Source of the DNA: a virus
Lineage: Duplodnaviria > Caudoviricetes
Length of the DNA stretch: 64,000 bases
IMG/VR virus record: IMGVR_UViG_3300025372_000010
Coordinates: 1 to 64,000 of that record
Reading direction: 5' to 3' (one strand)
Shown here: positions 1-9,041 of the stretch, one piece after another
Numbering within the stretch: the stretch's first letter is position 1
Layout: each line of letters starts with the position of its first letter
Position numbers and translations under genes: made by a program
Notes under the pieces: generated by a model
Seen by the model: only the letters and a program-made list of their open reading frames with translations
Databases searched by the model: none
Told to the model about the DNA's origin: nothing

Positions 1-1
1 A

Positions 2-1381
2 CCTAACCGTCCTAGCTTTTGGGGTATGAATAATCCTGGAGGTATCAATCCAATTTATTTAGGTATGAATGGTGGTCGTCCTGGCCGCTTACCTTTCCAA
101 TTTAAAGGAGATAATAGTCTTTATGGCTGTAAACTTCCAGTAGAAGGATGTGTATTTGGAGATAGAAACACTACAAGTGTATCAATGGTAGACTTAATGA
201 AGCCTTTCCAAATAGGCTATAACATAGTAAATAATCAGATAGCTGACATCTTGGTTGATGAACTTGGTACTGTGATTATGTTAGACCAGAATGCTTTACC
301 TCGTCACTCATTAGGAGAAGACTGGGGTAAAAATAATTTGTCTAAAGCTTATGTTGCTATGAAGAACTTCCAGATGTTACCTCTTGATACAAGTATAACA
401 AACACTGAGAATGCTCTTAACTTCCAACACTATCAAGTTTTAAACTTAGAACAGACTCAGCGTTTACTTTCTCGTATTAAACTTGCTGATTATTTCAAGA
501 ATGAAGCATTTGCTACTATTGGTCTTAATCCTCAACGTATGGGTGAAGAGATAGCTAAGCAAGATACAGCTACAGGTATTGAAACAGCAATGAATGCATC
601 TTATGCACAAACAGAACAATACTTTATACAACACTGTGATAACTTAATGCCTCGTGTACATCAGATGCGTACAGATTTAGCACAGTTCTATCATTCTAAA
701 AATCCTAGTCTTCGTTTACAATATATTACATCTACAGATGAAAAAGTAAACTTCCAGATAAATGGTACAGATTTATTAATGAGAGATCTAAATATATTCT
801 GTACAACAAAAACTAATTCTCGTACTGTAATGGAACAGCTTAAGAAGTTAGCTTTAAGTAATAATACTTCAGGAGCTTCTATTTATGACTTAGGTGGTAT
901 TATTAAAGCTGAGTCTATGGCTGAGCTTACAAATGTTCTTAAAGGAGTTGAAGAAAAAACTTCTGCTGCTAAGAAAGCTGATCAACAACATCAGCAACAA
1001 ATGCAACAAGAGTTATTGGCTTCTCAAGAGAAACAAAAACAAATGGATCTTCAGTTTAGAACAGAAGAAGCTGATAAGAACCGTCAAACTCAAGTTACTG
1101 TAGCAGAGATTAGAGCTGCTGGTATGGGAGCTGCTGTAGATATTAACAAAAATCAGCAATCTGACTACCAAGATGCGTTAGATAAGATAGAAAAACAAAA
1201 GAACTATCAAGATGAGATGAATTTGAAGCGTGAGACTAATCTTAGTAAAGCACAACAAACTGATAAACAAATTGACTTACAAAGACAAAAGATGCAAACT
1301 GAGAAGCAAGTAGCGGAAACTCAGCTACAAATTGCTCGTACTAACAAGAATCAGTTTGACTCTAATAAGAAGTCAAAATAA
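2..1381 (+). CDS. Portal protein, C-terminal part (begins upstream of window)
   Basis: Frame is open from position 2. Sequence resembles crAss-like portals (S.VD.MKPFQIGYNIVNNQI; Q/K-rich coiled-coil tail with DINKNQQSD). It lies two genes upstream of the MCP, as in Crassvirales. Confidence 0.85.
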   Translation, partial: PNRPSFWGMNNPGGINPIYLGMNGGRPGRLPFQFKGDNSLYGCKLPVEGCVFGDRNTTSVSMVDLMKPFQIGYNIVNNQIADILVDELGTVIMLDQNALPRHSLGEDWGKNNLSKAYVAMKNFQMLPLDTSITNTENALNFQHYQVLNLEQTQRLLSRIKLADYFKNEAFATIGLNPQRMGEEIAKQDTATGIETAMNASYAQTEQYFIQHCDNLMPRVHQMRTDLAQFYHSKNPSLRLQYITSTDEKVNFQINGTDLLMRDLNIFCTTKTNSRTVMEQLKKLALSNNTSGASIYDLGGIIKAESMAELTNVLKGVEEKTSAAKKADQQHQQQMQQELLASQEKQKQMDLQFRTEEADKNRQTQVTVAEIRAAGMGAAVDINKNQQSDYQDALDKIEKQKNYQDEMNLKRETNLSKAQQTDKQIDLQRQKMQTEKQVAETQLQIARTNKNQFDSNKKSK

Positions 1382-1428
1382 TTATAGCTCTATAATCCAT
1401 AGTTTAGATCCCTAAGATGTACACATTG

Positions 1429-1467
1429 TAAATCTTTTGGGTTTAAAGTTGTATATTAATTATGTAG
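1429..1467 (+). promoter_or_regulatory. Putative late promoter/operator, copy 1 (TAAAT-N7-GTTTA plus GTATATTAATTATGTAG)
   Basis: The same motifs recur at 8981, 25025, 30791 and 45902, each just upstream of a gene block. Confidence 0.65.
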
Positions 1468-1492
1468 AGATACATATAAAAACCAAACAAAT

Positions 1493-2800
1493 ATGACTGA
1501 TACTCAAACTAATGTACAGACTTCTGTACAACAAGTAGATCTTGACATCGACAGCTGGTTAGGTGCCCCTGGTGCAGATAGCATCGTAACTCCTACAGCT
1601 ACAACTAAAGATGCTGATAAAGAAAAAAAGGATGCAAAACCTAACTTCTTTGCCCCAGCTAAAACAGATATGTCTTTCTTAGATGAAGAGACAACTGATG
1701 ACGATAGTAGTAAAGATGACAAAGATGGTAGTGATGGTGCTAAACCAGCTACAACCGTAAGAGATGTATTAAACGACCTTGATAAAGATTTATCTCCAGA
1801 TTTGGATGATGAAGATGATCAAGATCAAAACAAGCCTTCTAAAGGAGGCAGACCTAAAACAGAGAAATCTGGTTTAGTGGAGTTCTTAAAAAAGCGTATT
1901 GAGTCTAAAGAGATGTTTGCTTTTGATGACTATGATGAAACAAAGCAAGATCTTGGCGATTATTTATCTGGACTTTCTGAGAAAGATGTAGATGAATTAT
2001 GGCAGGCTAATATAGATAACTTAAAACAAGAAGTGGCTTCTAAGACTCCAGCTGAGTTTTTTGAGGCTTTACCTGAAGAATTACAGTATGCTGCTAAATA
2101 TGTAGCAGATGGTGGACAAGATTTAAAAGGTCTTTTCCAAGCTTTAGCTCAGGTAGAACAAGTTAGAGAGTTAGATCCAGCTAAAGATGGTGATCAAGAG
2201 TACATTGTTAAGTCTTATTTACAGGCTACAAACTTTGGAACTCCAGATGAAATCGAAGAGGAGTTAACTACTTGGAAAGACTTAGGTGTTTTAGAAAAGA
2301 AAGCTAAGCAGTTTAAGCCAAAGCTTGACCAAATGCAAGAAGAGATTGTTCAGTCTCAATTAGCTGAACAAGAGTTAAGAAAGCAGCAACAAGAACAAGC
2401 TGCACAAGCTTACACTCAGAATGTGTTTGAAGCTTTAAGACCGGCAGAAATTAATGGTCTTAAGCTAGACAAAAAAACTCAAGCTATGTTATATAGCGGA
2501 TTAGTGCAACCACAATATCCTTCTATTAGCGGAAGACCTACTAACTTATTAGGTCATCTTTTAGAGAAGTATCAGTTTGTAGAACCAAACTATGGATTAA
2601 TTGCAGAAGCTCTTTGGTTATTATCTAACCCAGACGAATACCGCTCCAACTTAGCTAAACAAGGTAAAAACGCTGCAGTTGAACAAACTGTACGTCAATT
2701 AAAGACCGAACAATCTAGAAAGAACAACGCCACCTTCCAAGATGAAGAAGAGCCAAGATCTAGAAAGATAAGTAGACCTACTAATATATTTAAACGATAA
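1493..2800 (+). CDS. Conserved crAss-like portal-MCP intergenic protein, putative capsid scaffolding protein
   Basis: 435 aa with a very acidic disordered N-terminus and a helical remainder; located between portal and MCP. Confidence 0.7.
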   Translation: MTDTQTNVQTSVQQVDLDIDSWLGAPGADSIVTPTATTKDADKEKKDAKPNFFAPAKTDMSFLDEETTDDDSSKDDKDGSDGAKPATTVRDVLNDLDKDLSPDLDDEDDQDQNKPSKGGRPKTEKSGLVEFLKKRIESKEMFAFDDYDETKQDLGDYLSGLSEKDVDELWQANIDNLKQEVASKTPAEFFEALPEELQYAAKYVADGGQDLKGLFQALAQVEQVRELDPAKDGDQEYIVKSYLQATNFGTPDEIEEELTTWKDLGVLEKKAKQFKPKLDQMQEEIVQSQLAEQELRKQQQEQAAQAYTQNVFEALRPAEINGLKLDKKTQAMLYSGLVQPQYPSISGRPTNLLGHLLEKYQFVEPNYGLIAEALWLLSNPDEYRSNLAKQGKNAAVEQTVRQLKTEQSRKNNATFQDEEEPRSRKISRPTNIFKR

Positions 2801-2829
2801 TTTATTAACCCTTAAATTCCAAAAGCCCT

Positions 2830-4449
2830 ATGGCAACCCCAGTTTTAAACAATGGTATATTCCTTCGTGATAACCAGTACCAAACTAGTTCTCACGTAGA
2901 TTCGTACCACCTTTCAAACTTGCTAAAGTCAGCAGAGCCTACAGACTTAGGTCCAGTAGACTTATGGGCTATGGTTCAAAAGGTAGAGATGCCTTTGTAC
3001 CAAATGTCCAGCTTTGGCGGTAAGAATGTTATCATGGTAGATAACAACCGTGGTGAGTACAAATGGCAAATTCCTGTAGCACAAGAATTGCCTTACGTTG
3101 TAGAAGATATTGAATCAGCTAACGCAGCAAAAGGCGTTGATGGTACAACCTTCCACATCAAATTAAATAAAAGAAACTTCGGTCATGGTGATATCATCAC
3201 TTATGACAAGTACAACGGTGTGGAATTATACATCACTGCTGATGATATTATTCCTGCTGGTGACGGTTTCATTTACACTGTGCAGTTAGTGAACAACGAC
3301 AGCACTAAGTACTTGGATAACAAGTATTTAAAAGTAGGAACTAAGTTCTTCAGAAAAGGTTCTGCAAGAGGCGAGTACGGTGAAAGATTCTCTGACATCG
3401 GTAACGTTAATGCAGGTTTCCGTGAATTCTACAACTATGTAGGTGGTGCTGAAGCTCACGTACACTATTCTATCTCTAGTCGTGCAGACTTAATGATGAA
3501 GGGTGGTATGAAAGCTGATGGTACAGTTCCTGTAGTAGAGTTATGGAGAAACTTTGACAAAACTATGGATCCTTCTATCACATCTTTAGAAGATATGGCT
3601 TCTAAAATGGGTAAAGACTATGTTAAGAAGGCATACCGCTCTGGTCAATTGACTCGTTCATTCTTGACTACTTTAGAAGCTGCTCACTTAACTAAAATCG
3701 CTAATGACATCGAGACTTACTTAATGTGGGGTCAAGGTGGTAAGGTTAAACAAGATGGTCCAGATGATATCCGCTTATCAGTGGGTCTTTGGAAGCAATT
3801 GGATAACTCATTCAAGCGTATCTACAATAAGTCTAGCTTCAACTTAGACTTGTTTAAATCAGAAATCTTCAACTTCTTCAATGGTAAGGTTGAGTTCCAA
3901 GGTCCAGATCCTAAGCGTCAATTGATCGTTCAGACTGGTTTAGGTGGAATGAAATTAATCAATGAGGCAATTAAGAAGGAAGCTGTAAACAGTGGTTTAG
4001 TAATCAACGCTTCTGAAGTTGGTGCTATCACTGGTAAAGGTATGGACTTAAACTTTGGATTTGCTTACACTCAATACGTTATTCCTTTCTTGGCTAACGT
4101 TAAGTTTGTATTGAACCCAGCGTTTGATAACATCCACACTAACGATATTGAAAACCCAATCATTGATGGTTTCCCATTATCTTCTTACAACTTCATTATC
4201 TTTGATATCACAGATAACACTAACGACAATATCTACTTATTGAAGTTAAGCTGGGATAATCAATTGAAATGGTTCTATCAAAACGGTACAATGGATTACA
4301 TGGGACGTACACAAGGATTCCAGTCTTCTGGAAACTTTAACGGATACCGTGTGTTCATGACACAAACAATGCCTGCTATTTGGGTTAAAGATCCAACTAA
4401 GGTATTGAAGATCGTTATGAGAAACCCAGTAACTGGCGGATCATTCTAA
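2830..4449 (+). CDS. Major capsid protein (HK97 fold, crAss-like)
   Basis: 539 aa; features typical of crAss-like MCPs (EYKW, LMWG.GG, GLWKQL, TG.GGM, C-terminal IWVKDPTK); strongly biased codon use; synteny. Confidence 0.9.
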   Translation: MATPVLNNGIFLRDNQYQTSSHVDSYHLSNLLKSAEPTDLGPVDLWAMVQKVEMPLYQMSSFGGKNVIMVDNNRGEYKWQIPVAQELPYVVEDIESANAAKGVDGTTFHIKLNKRNFGHGDIITYDKYNGVELYITADDIIPAGDGFIYTVQLVNNDSTKYLDNKYLKVGTKFFRKGSARGEYGERFSDIGNVNAGFREFYNYVGGAEAHVHYSISSRADLMMKGGMKADGTVPVVELWRNFDKTMDPSITSLEDMASKMGKDYVKKAYRSGQLTRSFLTTLEAAHLTKIANDIETYLMWGQGGKVKQDGPDDIRLSVGLWKQLDNSFKRIYNKSSFNLDLFKSEIFNFFNGKVEFQGPDPKRQLIVQTGLGGMKLINEAIKKEAVNSGLVINASEVGAITGKGMDLNFGFAYTQYVIPFLANVKFVLNPAFDNIHTNDIENPIIDGFPLSSYNFIIFDITDNTNDNIYLLKLSWDNQLKWFYQNGTMDYMGRTQGFQSSGNFNGYRVFMTQTMPAIWVKDPTKVLKIVMRNPVTGGSF

Positions 4450-4452
4450 TAT

Positions 4453-4546
4453 AACTAGGTAAAGCCTCTAATAAAGCAATTTATTACGTAACTTAGTTGA
4501 TGAATATAACATGCCCGGGAGGATAAAGTCTCTCGGGCCTCTGTTA
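4453..4546 (+). other. Two stem-loops immediately 3' of MCP (mRNA-stabilising or attenuating)
   Basis: AACTAGGT(4453)/ACTTAGTT(4491) encloses TAATAAA-GCAA-TTTATTA; TAACA..GCCCGGGA(4513)/TCTCGGGC(4531)..TGTTA. No U-tract follows. Confidence 0.55.
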
Positions 4547-4574
4547 AAAACTATAACCAATAAAACTAAATCTT

Positions 4575-4730
4575 ATGGCAGGTAGTTCAAAAACTCCAAA
4601 GTCAGTAGCTCCAAAGAGTGCAATTAAAAAAGCAACTCCTAATGCTTCAGCTCCAAAATCAGTAGCACCTAAAAATGCAGTTCCTTCTACTTTCAAAAAA
4701 GGTGGAATGACTGGAAAAAGAGGTTACTAA
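4575..4730 (+). CDS. Small basic Lys/Ala/Pro-rich protein (51 aa), not in ORF track
   Basis: Translates as MAGSSKTPKSVAPKSAIKKATPNASAPKSVAPKNAVPSTFKKGGMTGKRGY*. A-rich leader, PKSVAPK repeat, FKKGG motif. Confidence 0.75.
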   Translation: MAGSSKTPKSVAPKSAIKKATPNASAPKSVAPKNAVPSTFKKGGMTGKRGY

Positions 4731-4740
4731 AAAGAATAGT

Positions 4741-4933
4741 AGTTAGACCGGTTAACAGTCACCAGCTTAGCTGGCTAAAACACCCGCATCAGTCTAACTC
4801 ATATCATCTCCTTGGATTCACATCCTTGGACCAATACTTTAAGATGGACATATGGTCTATCAAAAGTATTTCCCCCTAACCTGTTGTACGCAGACTGGCT
4901 GATCACCGGAGAGCTTGCAACTCTCAACAGGTT
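4741..4933 (+). ncRNA. Putative structured RNA element(s)
   Basis: AGTTAGAC/GTCTAACT with inner CCAGC-TTA-GCTGG; AATACTTT..GATGGAC/GTCTATC..AAAGTATT; three-way junction closed by AACCTGTTG/CAACAGGTT. GC-richer than its flanks. Confidence 0.5.
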
Positions 4934-4956
4934 CTAACTATATAAAAGAGATAAAG

Positions 4957-5208
4957 ATGCAGACATCGTTTGATATGATAAATAAAGGCTTGAAGAAAGC
5001 TGCTAGTAGTAGACATCTTATTATAATGAGATATACTGCTAAGAATGCTTTTACAGGAGCTTCTGTAGGTGATGTAATAACTCAAACTCAGATTTTAGAT
5101 GTTACTACAAACACTCCAGTTTCTGTAGGTGTTGTATGGAGAAATCAAACTACTGCTTCAGACTTAGCATCAGCTCCAGCGATAGCCAATTTGACTTTCG
5201 TAGGATAA
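4957..5208 (+). CDS. Hypothetical small beta-rich protein (83 aa; probable start ATG 4957)
   Basis: The track start at 4915 (TTG) lies inside the RNA structure; ATG 4957 follows an A-rich leader. Confidence 0.6.
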   Translation: MQTSFDMINKGLKKAASSRHLIIMRYTAKNAFTGASVGDVITQTQILDVTTNTPVSVGVVWRNQTTASDLASAPAIANLTFVG

Positions 5209-5260
5209 GAAGAATATAGTAAGCTACATATTGTAGCTGACAAAAACCAAAAAACCAAAT

Positions 5261-6277
5261 ATGAGTAGTTTAACTATCGTGGAGAAGTATCCACAAAACA
5301 AGCGTTCCACTATTGCAATAAGACCTTACTTTGATGAAAGGGTTGATAATATGGGATTGCAAAAATACGGATTGAGTCTTTTTGAAGGAGCGTTCCACGA
5401 GGAACAATTGAGTTGTTTAGAAATCAATGGTATCAAGAGATACTTAAATGGTCTTAACGAGTTTGCTCCTGAAGTAAAGAACTTACCACTTGAAGATCAA
5501 GAGGCTAAAATAAAACAGATCCGTGCTGTAGTTTCTCAGTTAGAGAAAGAACTTGCAGCTAATATAGTTAGCCCAGAAGATCCTGAATTTTGGAACAAGA
5601 TTAAGTTATTACGACATGATAACTTTGAGTTTTGGGATAAGATCAAGATCAGATGTGGTAATGAACCAATCTACTTAGAACCAGAGAAAGATCCATATGA
5701 CTTAATTAAGATGTATGCAATCGAGTCTAGTGGGTTTAGCATGATTGCTAAGTCTTTAGAAGAAGCTAGAAGAATGCCAACACCTCCTAAGTTTTACTTA
5801 GATAAGTTGGAAGAAACTGCTTCAGTAAATACAGAAGTTAAGAAACTACGCAATAAAGCGGTTGCTGAGCTTCAGAAGTTATTTGATAAGAACACTAATA
5901 AGTTATTCTATGTTGCTAAGTCATTAGATATGAATAGTGCTCAGTATAAGAAATCTACTCCAAATGATATCTTATATGATAACATGGATAAATATATTAA
6001 CGGTGAATTAGTAGATAAAGACAAAAAGAGAACAGCTCAAAGATTTATCGATGTGGCTAATCTTGATATGGAGTCTTTAAAAATTAGAGCTATTGTAAAA
6101 GACAGCTCTTACTACAAGTTCATAGCTACAAAAGCTGACGGTTTTATCTATCATATGCAGACTACTACAATGATGGGAAGAAACTCAAGCGATGTAATAG
6201 AATACTTAAAGAATCCTTTGAATGAAGAGATTTTAATCGATCTTACTAAGAAGGTAGAAAAATATTGGAATCAATAA
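5261..6277 (+). CDS. Conserved crAss-like morphogenesis protein (gene-75-like, downstream of MCP)
   Basis: 338 aa; N.EFW and DPYDLIK-type motifs; syntenic position. Confidence 0.65.
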   Translation: MSSLTIVEKYPQNKRSTIAIRPYFDERVDNMGLQKYGLSLFEGAFHEEQLSCLEINGIKRYLNGLNEFAPEVKNLPLEDQEAKIKQIRAVVSQLEKELAANIVSPEDPEFWNKIKLLRHDNFEFWDKIKIRCGNEPIYLEPEKDPYDLIKMYAIESSGFSMIAKSLEEARRMPTPPKFYLDKLEETASVNTEVKKLRNKAVAELQKLFDKNTNKLFYVAKSLDMNSAQYKKSTPNDILYDNMDKYINGELVDKDKKRTAQRFIDVANLDMESLKIRAIVKDSSYYKFIATKADGFIYHMQTTTMMGRNSSDVIEYLKNPLNEEILIDLTKKVEKYWNQ

Positions 6278-6284
6278 AAACAGT

Positions 6285-6324
6285 ATCTGGGTAGCTTCCC
6301 ATAAGAACAGCACCCAGATCTTTT
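6285..6324 (+). terminator. Intergenic hairpin, weak terminator or processing site
   Basis: ATCTGGGT..ACCCAGAT stem with an internal GCT/AGC pair, followed by CTTTT. Confidence 0.45.
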
Positions 6325-6330
6325 AACTAT

Positions 6331-7035
6331 ATGACTAACAACCTCTTACAGATTAAGATTAAGCAAAGGCTGAACAAGCTTGGTTCTTTTGACTATGATA
6401 ACATAGAAAACTGGATGATCCAAGAAGCAGCTAATAAAGCTCAGATCGAATGGGTAAGAAGACAGATGTATGGTATAAATCAACGAAGAGAAGGAGCAGA
6501 ACAAACAAGTGGGATGATAGATGACTTACAAAGACTTTTAAAACAAGAGACTTTGTTAATGGTTGCTAAACAAGGTAACTATTTTGAGTCAACTAAACTT
6601 CCAGATGATTATTTACACTATGTAAGATGTTATGTTAAAGCAGCTTCTAAATGTTGCCCTGAGCGTGAAATGACTACTTGGGAATCAGAAGAAGCTAACT
6701 TAAGTATCCTTTTAGTGGATGATAATAGAAAGCCAAACTTTGAATGGGCTGAGACTTTAGTTACTCTTATGGGTAATAAGTTAAGAGTCTATACAGATGG
6801 AGAGTTTGATATTACTCGTACAGATATCATTTATTATAGAATGCCAATACGTATTGAGTTTAATGGATGTATCAATATAGATACTGGTGAGCTTTATAAA
6901 GCAGATCAACCTTGTGAGTTTAACGATAACGTAGCTGAAATTATTATAGATGAAGCTGCTTCAATCTTAGCAGGTGATTTAGAGTCTATGACACAATATC
7001 AAAGAGAGTCCCAAGAAGCAACTAAAAACACTTAA
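6331..7035 (+). CDS. Head-tail ring/adaptor protein (crAss gene-74-like)
   Basis: 234 aa; motifs NKAQ, IDDLQ.L, LPDDY, YYR.P, CE..D....IID.A typical of this family. Confidence 0.7.
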   Translation: MTNNLLQIKIKQRLNKLGSFDYDNIENWMIQEAANKAQIEWVRRQMYGINQRREGAEQTSGMIDDLQRLLKQETLLMVAKQGNYFESTKLPDDYLHYVRCYVKAASKCCPEREMTTWESEEANLSILLVDDNRKPNFEWAETLVTLMGNKLRVYTDGEFDITRTDIIYYRMPIRIEFNGCINIDTGELYKADQPCEFNDNVAEIIIDEAASILAGDLESMTQYQRESQEATKNT

Positions 7036-7040
7036 TAATA

Positions 7041-7511
7041 ATGGCCCTAACTAAATTACAAAGACCAAGCATTTTAAGCCAACCAGGAGCTTCATTTCAG
7101 TCTTCTTCATCTGTTGCTAGTGGAACAACTAGTGTAGATACACAGACTGCAGCTTTAGCTAATGAGTTCTTAAATGCTGTAACAACTATACATAAGTTTC
7201 ATTTAAGAATCACTGGGTTAGGCTCATTTGCCGCTCATAAAGCTTTAAATGAATTCTATGATGAGATAGGAGAGCATGCAGATGCTTTAGTAGAGAAATA
7301 TCAAGGAGCTTCAGAAAAGCTATTAGATATTAAAGATACCGTTCCTACTTGTGTATACGATGTTGAAGAGTGTATAAACTACTTACGTAATATGACAGCA
7401 CAAATAACAGCTTTACAAGCAGTTATGCCATATAGTGAGATAGTTAATTTACTTGATGAAGCAAAAGCAACAATAGATTCTACTAAGTATAAACTATTGT
7501 TCTTTAAATAA
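7041..7511 (+). CDS. Ferritin/Dps-like four-helix-bundle protein
   Basis: HKFHL..G.GSFAAHKALNEFYDEI...D.LVEKYQG and NLLDE....IDSTKYKLLF match phage Dps-like proteins. Confidence 0.8.
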   Translation: MALTKLQRPSILSQPGASFQSSSSVASGTTSVDTQTAALANEFLNAVTTIHKFHLRITGLGSFAAHKALNEFYDEIGEHADALVEKYQGASEKLLDIKDTVPTCVYDVEECINYLRNMTAQITALQAVMPYSEIVNLLDEAKATIDSTKYKLLFFK

Positions 7512-7556
7512 CAACTAAAAGATTTTTTTATTTATAACCCCAAAACTTAAAGCCCT

Positions 7557-8900
7557 ATGTATTTTCCTAATGCATTCGCCAAAGCCTTCCTTCCTGCAGT
7601 TTCAGGTGGAACAGTTTCTTTGGCATCAACAGGTACCACAGCTTCTTTATTAGGAGCTGGTGCTGGTTCAATCGGGTTCTTTGATGCAAAAACCTATGCA
7701 GCCTTAGGTACAACTGCTCAAGCAACTCCGTTTATCTTTGCTCAGGCTTCTTACTATGCTACAGACAAAATTGGTCCTGTACATGGTGGATACCAAGAGT
7801 CTTTCAAATCAAAAGTGATCAACCCTAAGTATGTTAGTCGTGTGATCAAAGTTGGTGCAAAAGCTCCAGTAAACCACATCATGAAAGTAGATGCGTCTGC
7901 GTGCACAATCTCTTGTGACACAACTTACCGTTTACGTTTAGATGTTAAAGGTTCTCCTGCGTTACGCTTCTTGAACCACCAAATTTACAGAACATTAGAT
8001 GCGTACAGCGGATGTTGTAACTCAACTAATGATGCTGTAGATCCTAACGTAATTTTATTACAATGGAAAGATGAAATCGCTGGAAGTCCTATCTTAGCTG
8101 GTTACATCAACCCTATTGTATGGAATAAAGTTGCTGCAACAACAACTACTGGTGCAACTACTTCTTCTACAACTTTACCTGTGACTTCTGCTACTGGTAT
8201 CGTTGCTGGTCAAAAAGTGGTAGGTACTGGTATCCCTGCTAACACAACTGTAGTTTCTATTAGCTCTTTAAACGTTACTTTAAGTAACGCTGCAACTGTA
8301 GCTAACGGTGCTGCTGTTAAATTCTACACTGCTATTTCAACTGCGACTTATACTCCAGTAACAAATTCAGCTGTAGCAAACGTAGACTCTCACTTAGACT
8401 TAGTGGGTGCATATGTAGACACTAAATTTGGTAATGCTACTTTCACTCCTACAGATTTCTACGAAAGAGAGCCAATTTTCATCTATGCTTCTCAAGTTGA
8501 TGAAGATGGTAACCCTTGTACTAGCAACTGTACTACAGTGGCTGAAACTCAAACTCCAGTACAGGTGTTTGGTTTAGGTGAAACTGTGGTTCGTGAGTTG
8601 ATCTTAAGTGGTCGTTACTTACAAAACGCTTACCCTGATAGCTTCAGAGTAGAGCAATTAAGAATGAGAGAGATTGAAGCAGATCCAGCTTTGGCTACTG
8701 TAAACCGTAATGGTTTATATGATCAAGTCTTGATCTTGCACAATGTGCCTCGTTTTTATAACCCATCTGCTACATTTGATAATGATCAGTATTTGATTGT
8801 AATTTACGTACCACAAGGTACTACAACTACTGCAATTACTAACTTCATTGTTAACTCTGCAGCAGCTGCTGGTAACAGTATTTCTTTAGAAACAGCTTAA
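7557..8900 (+). CDS. Abundant structural protein (crAss gene-73-like, probable auxiliary capsid protein) with an inserted beta domain
   Basis: 447 aa; MCP-like codon bias and a leader ending AAAGCCCTATG as for the MCP; G.GE.V.RE and C-terminal Y.I.IYVP motifs; followed by a terminator. Confidence 0.65.
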   Translation: MYFPNAFAKAFLPAVSGGTVSLASTGTTASLLGAGAGSIGFFDAKTYAALGTTAQATPFIFAQASYYATDKIGPVHGGYQESFKSKVINPKYVSRVIKVGAKAPVNHIMKVDASACTISCDTTYRLRLDVKGSPALRFLNHQIYRTLDAYSGCCNSTNDAVDPNVILLQWKDEIAGSPILAGYINPIVWNKVAATTTTGATTSSTTLPVTSATGIVAGQKVVGTGIPANTTVVSISSLNVTLSNAATVANGAAVKFYTAISTATYTPVTNSAVANVDSHLDLVGAYVDTKFGNATFTPTDFYEREPIFIYASQVDEDGNPCTSNCTTVAETQTPVQVFGLGETVVRELILSGRYLQNAYPDSFRVEQLRMREIEADPALATVNRNGLYDQVLILHNVPRFYNPSATFDNDQYLIVIYVPQGTTTTAITNFIVNSAAAAGNSISLETA

Positions 8901-8921
8901 TCCAGATTCCTATAAACTTAG

Positions 8922-8960
8922 AGGGAGGAGTACAGAAATGTACCCTCCCTTTTTGTTTTT
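8922..8960 (+). terminator. Rho-independent terminator
   Basis: AGGGAGGAGTACA-GAAA-TGTACCCTCCCT followed by TTTTGTTTTT. Confidence 0.9.
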
Positions 8961-8980
8961 GGAAAAGTTGGGTTTTTTTA

Positions 8981-9035
8981 GTATATTATTATTGAGAACC
9001 TCGTACTATTTTTACCTATAAATCTATAAAGTTTA
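8981..9035 (+). promoter_or_regulatory. Putative late promoter/operator, copy 2
   Basis: GTATATTATTATTGAG (8981) and TAAAT-CTATAAA-GTTTA (9019), directly after a terminator. Confidence 0.65.
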
Positions 9036-9041
9036 CCCCTT

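Noticed and set aside
4878-4933. Canonical tRNA gene
   Set aside because: Only 56 nt, with no D arm, no TTC T-loop and no CCA; kept only as a structured element.
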